From the NCBI GenBank assembly GCA_032718475.1, contig JAUCBJ010000179.1:1-64000 (forward strand): a stretch of 64,000 nt of DNA, written 5' to 3'. The stretch is from Nemertoderma westbladi. Its lineage: Eukaryota > Animalia > Xenacoelomorpha. A program made the translations under genes and the position numbers. Below, in pieces: positions 24,686-36,658 of this stretch. How positions within the stretch are numbered: position 1 is the stretch's first letter; every line of letters starts with the position of its first letter. The notes under the pieces are model-generated. The model was not told the DNA's origin and made no database searches. It saw only the letters and a list, made by a program, of their open reading frames with translations.

Positions 24686-24972
24686 ATCGTTCAATCACTT
24701 AAAAAATGTCTTTATATAATATGAGTTTCGATAATCTTTTTCAAGCTCTATCGATTCGTTCTCTTAATCTCTTTATCTTTATAATTCTGTTGATCTTTTG
24801 CGAAGCCGAGACTTTCCTACTCCGAGGGTTAAAACAAACGGAAAAAACAACAAAACAACCAGATAAACAAACTTATGTTCTACTTTTAATTTAATATCGC
24901 CTATATTTGAAAAAGATAAAGAGAATTATCGAAAGCTCATAAAATAAAAAAATTTTTAAGTTATTGAACGTC
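24686..24972. repeat. Degenerate inverted repeat, possible old MITE
   Basis: CGTTCAAT-ACTTAAAAA...ATGAGTTTCGATAAT mirrored by ATTATCGAAAGCTCAT...TTTTTAAGT-ATTGAACG. Confidence 0.4.
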
Positions 24973-25189
24973 TCAACGTCAGTTGATTTTTATTGGATAC
25001 TTTATTCTTTATAGATAGATACTAATTGGTTTTATTGTTTCGGTTAGATTCAACCCTTCCTTAACATGGGTTTTTCATGAAAACCTCACATTCATCACAT
25101 TCATGGGGGAAATTGCAAAGAGAAATATAAGCAGAAAGTATGGTATACATTCAGATGCGCCATTCTCCAAGTTGTTGTAATATTGGCGG

Positions 25190-26530
25190 TGTCGTCGCGT
25201 TACGGCTAATATCGCGTTATGGCTAATTTTTTGAGAGATTAGCCGTACCGCGACTTTCAAAGTCGCGGTACGGCTAATCTATTGTCTTGGTTTTACATAG
25301 GGAATCATTATCAATATTATTCTATGATGTTTACGTACAGATGAGGTCCGAAAAATGTAATGTAATAATGTTTTACAGCATGGGAGTCTCTGGAGGGGGT
25401 GGGGGGGGGGGGGGGGGGAATTTTACCATCTTTCATACTGTATGTTCTTCGACAGCCTCACATTCAATATAAAATGGTATTCTATGGTATTCTTAGTCAC
25501 AGCCTCAAGCACAGGTACCGATTACAGCGGCCAATAATAGCAGCCGAAGAAGCAATGAGTGGTTTTGTTGAACATATTCCACTACTTCATATCGATGTTG
25601 TTAACCAACGCCGGGCTCGCTACCTAGACCATATGTGCGTTCTGTTTGGGGATTGACAAGCCGGCAATGGCCGTCCTTCCAGCCGCCGATCACCCAGTTG
25701 AAAGTCCAGCTGCATTGGGAGGGGGTGGTGATCCCGACTGGCATGTTGGTGTAGTGAACCACCCCTTGGCGGCCAAACCATTTCTTCCCAACCCACCCTC
25801 GAACCACCCCTTCGCGGCCGAACCATTCCTTCCCAACCCACCCCCGAACCATCCCTTCGCGGCCGAACCATTTCTTCCCAACCCACCCTCGAACCACCCC
25901 TTCGCGGCCGAACCATTTCTTCCCAACCCACCCTCGAACCACCCCTTCGCGGCCGAACCATCCAACCCAACCCACCCCCGAACCATCCCTTCGCGGCCGA
26001 ACCATTTCTTCCCAACCCACCCCCGCATCACCCCTTCGCGGCCGAACCATTCCAACCCACCCCACCACCGAACCATATGCCATACGTGGGCGATGACAGG
26101 CTAATTCAAGACATTTCTTAGTTCAGATCTTTAGTTTTAGATACTTTTTATTTGATTATTATAATGATAAATTCAAAGTGCAAATTTCGGCAAAATACTG
26201 ATATACTTTCGACCAATATACCTATGGTACTGTGTACTGTGGTACTCAATACAACAATAATAATACAATAATTAATAAATTAAGTTTTTTAGTTAAAATC
26301 CCCCCCTGGATACTCCCATGCTGTATAACATTATTACATTAAATTTTACGAACCTTTCATCATCTGTACGTAAACACCATAGAATAATATTGATAATGAT
26401 TCCCTATGTAAAACCAAGACAATAGATAAGCCGTAACGCGACTTTATAAGTAGCCGTAACGCGACTTTGAAAGTCGCGGTACGGCTACTCAAAAAGTCGC
26501 TTTACGGCTAATTGTCGCGTTACAGACAGG
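25190..26530. mobile_element. Foldback-like non-autonomous element with modular TIRs and a central ~40-bp tandem repeat (25757-26077)
   Basis: About 25240-25400 inverted against about 26300-26490; repeated TAGCCGTAACGCGAC modules; central CCCTTCGCGGCCGAACCAT units; exact termini and TSD not resolved. Confidence 0.7.
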
Positions 26531-26899
26531 GGACTCTATACACAGACAGTACATACCGTCCGATAGTATTAATTTTAGATTTTTACATTTACTACATAAT
26601 ATTAGCTCCGGCATCCCATTCTATAACAAAGTAAATATTTTTAGTTTTTTAGGAGATCTATACAGTAGCTTATAACCGCCTTTTATTATGTATTTTTTGG
26701 CGCCAACCTTATAAATTCAAACTTTGCAGTAATTAGGCAACATTTAAGCTAAAGTTTGTACATTATTTATGACTGATGATGATTTTGTGTAAAAATCGAA
26801 ACGTTTAGAACTTATGCATATTATTTCATTGTATTTACGTACTTTTAATATATATATATTATTATTAAACATTAAGGAATATCCAACTACGACGGAAAT

Positions 26900-29133
26900 C
26901 TACCGACTAAGTTCGGAAACCATTTGTTTCCGGTACAGTTTGTCTACAAAATCGCGAGTTTTATTGAGCGGGTTGGCTGCGTGTAGCGGTAGGGGGCGTC
27001 TGCTGGAGTCCAGTCCGTATAAATTCCTCAAGGCCGTCAAGGTTGCTTCGGTTTCAGCCTCATCGACGCTGATTCCACAACCTTCACTGAGACACCGGGA
27101 CCCGGAATAAATACCGACTACATACGCCGGTATTATTGTGTTGCTTCCTGTACTTCTGCAATAGGATGAACGGTGGATATTAGTAAATCATTATTTATTA
27201 CAAGAAACTATTTATACCGAACCAGTGATGTATATGCGAGAGAGATAGATAAATATAACACATCAACAAAGGGTCAAAAGGGAAAAAATATATTTTTTTA
27301 ATTTATATTTTAATTAAATATTACAATTTTTCATAGGTGAAGTTTCAGGATTTAATATGATTTTAACTCAAGGGAGATAAAGAGGCATATAGAAAAAACA
27401 TGTTATTGAATTCATTTCTAGGTAAATTACCGCGATATTATTAAATAAATAATTAGGTAACGAACAGTATTCCATGAACTATTAACTATTTTTCCATTAG
27501 GACCCCTTATAATTATTGACCTCCTCGTTGTCATTCGCCCAGATAATTATACATTACGGGGAGGAAATAAAGTGCACTTTGTTTCCCATTTTATCACAAA
27601 TTATTACTGATAACATCATTATATTTAGTCACTTACTCCAACTCAAGGCTAATCAGATCAAATTGTTATTTCCCGTCGCAGAATTTCTCGCGTAAAAAAC
27701 ATTTGATTAACTTCTCTCCGTAATGTTAATGTTCACTACATTTAAATATTGTTTGTATCTTACCGCTAGAAGTAACATTTTGAATTAAATATTTGTACAC
27801 TCGTAAATTTGAATGAATTAATTATCATTGGATAATTACTATTATTATTGTTATTGCCGTGTTGTTGTTGTGCTGTAATATTTCGATCTTGTGGTTGGTT
27901 GTGCTGTGTTATTTACTTTGTTGTTATTTACGATGCGCTGTTAAATAATTGGTTTCAATAAAATTACTAAGTACTACTAGTGTAAACAATAAACATTTGC
28001 TTTGAAGTACCCTAAACTGGTACTTTTATACTTTATATACCATCTCGAAAAAATATGAAATAATATGAAAGGAATGGAAAATATCTCACCAAAACGCCAT
28101 GCTAGAGCTAGATAAATCCTATTCCGAATCTAAAAGTAGTCCTGAGGTTACAGTAGGTACAGTGTACAGCGTACCAGTAACGGGTGTTTCAAACTCACCT
28201 CAACATTCGGGATTCCAACGGAGCCATTCCCCTTTTACTGACCTCCCTCTCCAAGTAGGCAGTAGCGTCGGTCGGTTGCCAACGCAACATGGGATCGCGT
28301 CCTATCAACTGCGTCACAATAAAATCCTGAGTAAACAACCCAGCCCTGGACGCGCCGTTGTGTTTGAGAATGGCGCCGACGAGAGCCAAGAAAACGCGCC
28401 TGACGACGGACTGGGGAACCGGGTTGGAGGAACACAATACGAGATCCTTGAGACCGAGGTTCGAGGAAACATCATCGAGAACTTCGTCGGAAACTAACCA
28501 GTTCACGCAGGACTCCACCCCCGGTCGAGGCAAGTCCCTGTAAACCCGTCGGAGGTATTCCGTGCAGTAAAAAGTTACGAAATCTAAACCGACCGTAGAT
28601 AGCTCGTTGTTCGATTTAACGGCGTCTGTTTGAGATTCGGTTGGCGTTTCTTTTGGAACATTGGCGTTCCCGGGGATGTGAGTTGTAGCCGAATCCTCTA
28701 AACTTCCCGGAGTTTCGCTCGTAAAACTCTCGTCAGTTATAACCTGGATGAATAATTCTTTAGGGATATCCTCCCCAATTCGTATTAAATATGAGTAAAT
28801 TTCAGCATCTAAATTCCAGTTTGTTTCGGAATTTCTTCGGGGAATTACAGGTTCTTTCAACGAAAACACAAGATCTTTCCGTTTCTTAGATTCTATTTCC
28901 TTTATAACCGCGCTGGTCCATCTCCCTACACATCGCTTAGGTAAATAATTGAACTCGTTGGCATATCGACTGATACTGGTACGTCCATCAAGTGAATTCC
29001 TAAAGTTCCGCCAGTTAAAAGCAAACGATTTCGTAGATAATCGAGTGACAGTGCGACGACAATGCAACGATAATTTAACAGGGTTAATTCGTAAAAAAAA
29101 GCAAGTTGATGAAAACAACATTCCAGACGTCAT
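26900..29133 (-). CDS. MRPL44: Mitochondrial large-subunit ribosomal protein mL44, 396 aa; exons 29133-28199 and 27155-26900
   Basis: NWNLDAEI, SNNELSTVG, VFLALVGAI, AGLFTQDFIVTQL, ESRMLR; AG|GTGAGT donor and GCAG acceptor join in frame to STGSNTIIPAYVVGIYS...EAETEATLTALRNLYG, matching remembered mL44 motifs. Confidence 0.92.
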
Positions 29134-30790
29134 TATCTGAGTAGGCCTATTAGCCTAGTGCCTAGGCGCTAGGCCTACTTTACTTCGTACATTATGCTCT
29201 GCACTGCAGCGCAGCTGCCTAACTGTAGGATCAATAACTGATTAATATCCGTACTGCCGTACGAAAATGCATGGCTGTATGGATGGTGCCAACTGCAGAA
29301 CTGCTAAAATGTCCTCGAACCCAGAACCTATCAAATCTGCAAATACTGTCAGACTGTAGGCCTAGGCCTACTGCAGTACTGTCTAACATTTACAACATTA
29401 ATCTGTTAATTATATAGGAGGCCTAACATAATACAGTAATACTGTAGGGCCTAATGAATAGGCCTACCGGTGTTAGGGTTGGTTGACAATTTTACAGTTT
29501 TAGAGTGTTCGTTTCCCAATCAGGGTATTTTAACTCCACATAATAATTATCCGTATTGTCATGTCATCGTGTTTTTATATATTCATGAATTGGGTTACGC
29601 AGTTACTGTACATGAAATATTTAAGCTGTATGCCTACAGCTGTATAAGTAGGGTTAAGCTGTTAAGGCCTGACTAAAACTACTGAACTATAAACTAACCC
29701 TCATCAGAATAATAATACACATATTAATGGCTGTCAAGGAATACAATCTGCAATCAGAGGTTATTCCTCGAAAGTGAAAGATAGTAAGAATTTACATAAT
29801 GAGCTATGAAGTACCGGTATCAAAGTTCATATTATCCACCCTCGCCACACCATTAGGCTCCAATCTGACAACCTAACCAGACCTTGACTACTGCAGTACT
29901 GCTGTACTGAAAATAAATCTGCAGTAGTGCATAAAATATTTCAAATTTCCCACCATTTCTTGGCCTGCCAGATTTATTATTATTCTTAGTTGTTGATTGG
30001 AAGGCCATGCTGATTCTACTGATATTGTTAGTTAGAGAGCTAACGAGATCGTACGGCATCGTTTATATTGAATGTGGACAATAATGTTTGTTTATGTGAT
30101 GTGAATGTGGGTGAGCTACGAAAGTAAGCGAGCTTAGCATACATGTATCACTAACTCAATCGGTGTGTCTGTGGGACGAGCCACGAAGTAAGTGAGCCTT
30201 AGCGTAGTGGTACCATTAATTAATCAACCTGTGGGGCGAGAAAATCCGCAATGAAATCATAAATAATAACATAATATTATTATTATTATTTATTGCCATA
30301 CTTAAATACAATATTGTATATAAGGCAGTTTAGAGGCAAGCCTCTTTAACTGATAATAACTGACCTCTTAAGGAGGTCAGCTGGCACTCTATCCTAATAA
30401 GTAAGTACTAAATATAAATATAAAATGCATGCAGTAAATAATAAACCTATGAACGAAATGGTTACACAATATTTCCATGCAGAAGAGCAATATATTTATC
30501 TAGTTAATTAATTGTACGGTACTGTACTTATATTACAGGAAACTATTACATAATACATACAAAAAAAATATACACATGATTAATAATAAATATAATTAAG
30601 TAATTAATTGCCAGACATTATTTATTATTAAAAAATTTATTAAATTACAAAAATTCGTTTCACCGTAAATAATGTGCTCAAGCACCCAGCATTGATAGAA
30701 CCCGCGTCAATTTTATTTATCCCGTTCAAATCCTGAGAGGAAATGCTTTTTTAGAGAGCCTTTAAAAGTGGAATAGTTCGTTACTAGTTG

Positions 30791-30894
30791 TGGGGCGAGC
30801 CACGAAGTTGGCGGAGCCTTAGCGAATTGACACTGTTAGGGGGTGGGTCAATTTATGCAAATAGTTGTCGTCGTCGTCGTCGTCGTCGTTGTCG

Positions 30895-30926
<32 letters not shown>

Positions 30927-32058
30927 GTCGTTACGATTTTGACATGCTAATAACTTTGTCGGATTTAAAGCTGCCAAGTTGAAAATTTGTAGGTATCAAT
31001 ATGAGCAAAAGGTGAGATTTTTGAGAGACTTTCAGACACCATCAGTGCAATGGTCTCCCGCTAGAGGGCCACATGTCTAAACATTAAATGGCCACCCATT
31101 TCTTTGCTTTTAATCCGTTTAAGCTGAAACTTGGGAAGTATGTACTAGACCATTAGCTGTAAATTTCAAAAGAGGCTAATCTGTCTGCAGTTCTCCAGTC
31201 TGCCGCTAGAGGGCGAAATGTCCCGAATGTGAAATTATTCTTCCATTTAGTTGTTTATGATCTGATTACGCTGAAACTTGTCATATATGTACTAGATGAC
31301 ATCCTGAGTCTTTGTGTGGATTGTAATCGGTCCGAAGTTTTCCAGTCTGCCGGTAGAGGGCCACATGTCTAAACATTAAATGGCCACCCATTTCTTTGCT
31401 TTTAATCCGCTTAAGCTGAAACTTGGGAAGTATGTACTAGACCATTAGCTGTAAATTTCAAAGGAGGCTAATCTGTCTGCAGTTCTCCAGTCTGCCGCTA
31501 GAGGGCGAAATGTCCCGAATGTGAAATTATTCTTCCATTTAGTTGTTTATGATCTGATTACGCTGAAACTTGTCATATATGTACTAGAAGACATCCTAAG
31601 TCTTTGTGTGGACAGTAATCGGTCCGGAGTTTTCGAGTCTGCCGCTAGAGGGCGAAATGTAGGAAAGTGATAACCTTCGCGAATTCCTTGATCTTAATCT
31701 ATTTAAGCTGAATTTTGGAATATACAGTACCGGTATGTACTAGACCACATGCCTCGTCTTTGTGAGGAAGGTGATCGATCCGCAGTTCTTTAATATGCCG
31801 CTAGAGGGCTAAATGTATGAAAGTGAAAACCTTCCAACATTTCGTTATTTATGATCCGTCAATCGGAAACTTGGTAGATATGTAATAGACCATAGGCTGT
31901 GGCTTTGTAGGGAAACTAATCCTTCCTTCTTCAGTTACCCAGTCTCCCGCTAGAGGGTTAACGTTTTCCGGGAAAATCTTCTCCTATGTTTTTATAATCC
32001 TTTCGAGTTGATACTTAGCATTAACTCATTTCACGTGCTGCGCGAAGGCCCCACTTCG
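30791..32058 (+). mobile_element. TG-flanked non-autonomous element with (GTC)n microsatellite and seven ~147-bp internal repeats
   Basis: Family termini; near-identical to 32239-44663 after removing element 2; HINE/DINE-1-like layout. Confidence 0.85.
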
Positions 32059-32361
32059 TGTTTTATTGTGTGCGGTAAGTCATTCCATAATTTTATGAGT
32101 TGGGTAGTTAAGCTGTAGTGCCCAAACCGGTTGTTAGTCCTTGGTAGTTTAATATTAAGGGTGCGTCTGTTAAGTAAGTCATCCGTGGTTGTATCTGGTA
32201 GGTAAGGAAGATTTAGATGTTGGAATGGGATGGATATGTGGGGCGAGCCACGAAGTTGGCGGAGCCTTAGCGAATTGACACTGTTAGGGGGTGGGTCAAT
32301 TTATGCAAATAGTTGTCGTCGTCGTCGCGAGCCACGAAGTTGGCGGAGCCTTAGCGAATTG

Positions 32362-33647
32362 TGTACGCGCTTTTATAGACCTTCAGCAGTTTAACCTGCC
32401 GAAATTTATATGTCTTTATTGATAAACTGCCTTTTATAAGATGACAAGATTTAATACAAAAACAAACCAAAAACATTAGCCGAAGCCAGTCCATGCGCGT
32501 CCAAATGACCCGTTTATAACACCGGGAGACTGGATTCGTGGGCTTAAATTTATTTGCGGTCAAGCCTACTGTATTATTCGATTGATTACTAATATATAAT
32601 CTCTGACAAATATTATTCACTTTCGGGAAATATTAGCAGTTCCTTTTAGGACGTGGCGCTCTACCTATGTAAACAGAGTTATGACTGATACTACACACAA
32701 CGATATGGCTTAAATTTCAAGCATAGGGCGCATTCTTTAGGAATGCTTTATTATCAGATCCAATCACTTTACAATCACGCACGCTACCGGTAACGCACAA
32801 CACTGCTCACTGATATGCCGACAGTTACTGACTTTGATCAGGTATAAAGAGATATGCACTGGACTCAGGTAGTGTCTGTCAAACAACATTAGATTCACTA
32901 CAAACACAATAATAAAGTCGCAATTGTTGTACATAACCTTTCTCTCTAACCTGTAGTGTATCAAAGATATTGGGAAAATGTGGGTTGATTATTGATATTC
33001 TTCAACTAATAACATCCAATTATACTGATACAAAATTACAAACAGTAAAAGCAGTATGACGGTAGGTTAAGATACAATTAGATTGCAAGTGCAAATGAGT
33101 CGAATTGAATTGAATTGAGTCGGATCAAATTGGATCAAATGGAATTGATAATAGCTATGCTTTCTATAATTTAGCCTACTAATGTTCTTATAAAAAGGCA
33201 GAAACATTGCGTCATTCCAGCCGATCTTCAGGCAGTATGGAACGACATAAACACTGAGTTTGGGAGCTGCTGTAGGTATCTCTTCAAGGAAAACGCAAAT
33301 CACCCTGATTGGTTGTTAGACCAAAAACAAAGGAACCAGGAGTCCAATGAGAGCTCCCTCCACGTCATCATCCAGCTGGGAGATGTCGTAATCAGAATCC
33401 TTCCCTTGACATAGTGACAATGAAATGCCGCATTGCGGGTTGTGTACCCTGCTACGTCCGCATAAAGCACACATTCAGAAGAATCTATTTTATGTCCGTT
33501 AAAAACACTTATACAGCACCCCGAGGGCTAGGGGATCCAATTATATCTGTAAACGCTTTTACAGCAGGTTTCAGAGTATTTCAGCGTATGGGGGAAAAAC
33601 TGGATCGCGGGGCGAAGGACCAGTTGCATCCCACAGAAGCTTTTACA
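32362..33647 (-). repeat. 3' LTR of element 2
   Basis: Direct repeat of 42162-43447 at offset 9800. Confidence 0.96.
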
Positions 33648-34601
33648 CCGCTCCCAGAAAATGGGATTGAAGTCTATAAAATATACGAGATCACAGTTTC
33701 TAATATACATAAATACTCTAAACCGTTAGTCTTTCTTGCGCGGACGGCGTTTACGCAGTTTTTTAAAGCTGGCCAGAGTCCTTTTCTCTTTGGGGCGAAC
33801 CACTTTACAAGGAGGGCTATAACTCCTGGGTGAAAGGTGCAATATAATTGCATCAGAGGGTGCAGGCTTATAGTCGGGGTATCCGCCGTTTCGATATGCT
33901 TCTCCTCGAGCTGATTTTCCTCTGCTCGTCGGTGGATACATTCGTCCAAAAAATCTCGCGGAGAATAGAGTCGTCCAAGTTCGATATCTTCTTAGAGATT
34001 AGTTTAAGTTATCTGAACAAACGCAGGTTTCTTTCCTGATCTTTGTGGAATAGCGTCTAACTCGTTTCGGACAACGCTCTCCTCTACCTTGATGACGGGT
34101 GGTAGCGGGTTAAACGGGAACGATCCCGATTACACGGTTGAATGGCAACAACGGGTGTCCGTGCCTCAATCCGGCCAGGTAAGATAGGCGGATATTTAGG
34201 GAGCCATTAACCTGAGTGCCACCAACCAACGGCTCGGGCAACACTGGATCTCGGAACGGTAAGCACAGTTCATGAGGATCCGCGATACTATTAGGATCAA
34301 GAGTCCGAGGTCTAACTAAGGAAGGAGGAGGTCTGACCGAGCATTCAGGAACTCAGATCATAGGTCTACTCAAGGATCGCCCGAGCCGAGAAAGCGTGGG
34401 TGACACATCGAACAAGTTTCTCTCGAAACTCCCGCAAACACAGCGAGCAAACCGTGTTTAAAGCTTCGTCTCCGTTGACGTTTATGTCTTTCCGTTTGTT
34501 GGTTGGTCTTAGGCATTCATCGTAATAATACCAAGACACACGTCTTGTAGGGGAAACGCGAGTGATATTTATTTGGTGTTACAATGCTTCTCTCAAGAAT
34601 T

Positions 34602-35024
34602 CTAAATATACGTTGGAGTTACCGCGTTTATCCGCTTCTTGAACGTCTTTTCTTTCGCGTAGACTTCGCATAGAATTTTCGCATTCGAATTTAAGTTCAT
34701 TGTTACGACTCCGCTGGGTAGGATATTTAAATAATACCATTTCCCTTTTGTGTTGACATAGTCCGTATCGTGTAAGTCGATATAATAGCAGGTAGTTAAG
34801 AAGTCCATATATATACCATTAATATGCGTATAGCGAGCGGTGAACTTGCTACAGTCCAACCCACGCGCAAGTTGCTCCTGGGACATAGGTGGTTCGATAT
34901 AACTACCATCGTCCTCGGTAGTAGTTGGATCAGCTTCACCGCGTATCAAGCTATCCACAAACGCTTGTAAAGGTAGAGTATATCCCTCTCTAATACCAAG
35001 ATCATCTTCTATCAACTCCGTCAT
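34602..35024 (-). CDS. Hypothetical 140-aa accessory ORF of element 2
   Basis: ATG-initiated, protein-like composition, same strand as gag, preceded by TAACAG; no recognised domain. Confidence 0.4.
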   Translation of the reverse strand: MTELIEDDLGIREGYTLPLQAFVDSLIRGEADPTTTEDDGSYIEPPMSQEQLARGLDCSKFTARYTHINGIYMDFLTTCYYIDLHDTDYVNTKGKWYYLNILPSGVVTMNLNSNAKILCEVYAKEKTFKKRINAVTPTYI

Positions 35025-36658
35025 ATCTGTTATATGAGTTTACCAATATTAGAAGGAGTTTGGCTTTAGGCGAGCAGGCGTCGCTGCCTACCCCTCTCTG
35101 CCCCCGGACAGTGGGATCCTCAGCGCCGATGCACCGTTGTCGCGTGTTTACGCCAACGTTGTGGCAACAGCACGACAACGATAACCGGCACAAGTCACTC
35201 CACTGTCCGTCCCAAAGTCTTGAAATCACTTGAGGTTCTTGCTATGGGAGAGTTGGGCTACTTTACAATTGCGACTAGCTACGGTAAACACACTTTAGCA
35301 GTAACATTCACCTACAAACGCACAAATTCCACACAACAGCTACCAACTACAATCATACCGGCCACTTGTCCGTTAGTCAGTGCTTTCCAAAATGTCACGT
35401 TATTATTGTGTATCCTTGGATACCAACAGTGTGCTATGTAATCACTATGCTAGGCAATGGGCAAGCTTTCTATTGTTCTGTTAACTCGTTTCTAATTCTG
35501 TTAACTCGTTTCTAATTCTAGCGTGGGTGTTGCTATGGTGACATTATGTAAAGCTAGCGGTAGAATTAGGGTAATTCTCATGCATACAGATCTGGGATGC
35601 TGTTTGATAGTAAGTCTTTAATTGTCAAGATCCTCTTTATACATGATTTTATGAATTTTGTCGGCCATTGACTATATGTTGGAGATTCTTGCACTCTAAT
35701 ACACTCAATAGGATTAATCTCCGCTCCCGTGATCTATTAATTAGTGGAATTTTGGGAATATTAGAAATTGTGCAAAATGACAATTTATTAAATTCATAAA
35801 ATATGAATTTTAAATTTATTCCCGTGAATTTTATTATTTGATGGTAAGATTGACATAATTTTGATTCCAGAACATATCTGGGGACATAAGATCCTTAATT
35901 CTATAAAATGGTCTTTTAAGAATACCGGTAAGTGCTACGATATCTTAATTAACTAGAAATTTTAAAGGATCTGAATTTGACAGATTTTAATAAATATTAA
36001 ATTAATATTTAAGATGGGCACCGATTTATTCCAGAACTTGTCTGGGGACGTTAACCACTGATTCTAGAATTTGTCTTTCAAGTATATCGGTGGGTGCCAC
36101 GATATCTTAATCGACTAGAATTACAGATGGTCAAAAGTTTAACAGATTTATTTGCGTTTTACGCTACTGTTAAAGGGACATCACGCTACTATATGTATTA
36201 TTTAATATAGGTAGAAGAGCAATATCGCACAAGGCAATGTCAGTGTGAAGAGGCAAGTCGTTTCCAAGGTCTACCCAGAGCTTGGTTTAGCCGAGACACG
36301 AGGATCTGAACTTTGCATTCCTAATACTCTGCCTACCAATAATACTGAAAATATAGTAGTGGCTTTATTGTACTTTAATAAGTACGGACATTTCATCTTA
36401 CTGTAGTCTCGCATTTATAATATAATACGGACAGTAAGGAAAGAGAAAATAATTATTTCTCGCCGTCGCACTAAGTATATTATGTAATTACGTAATAAAC
36501 ACTAATATATTGCACTAATCTACTAAATAATCTAAAATAACACTCTACTAAATAAAATTAAATAAAACGATTATAATAAAATACATAGTAATACATACAT
36601 AAATATAAAATAAAAACAAATATAAAATAATATAGTCACACACCCACTCCATATATTA

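Noticed and set aside
25601-26104. Four overlapping 128-160 aa ORFs
   Set aside because: Artefacts of a stop-poor 40-bp tandem repeat
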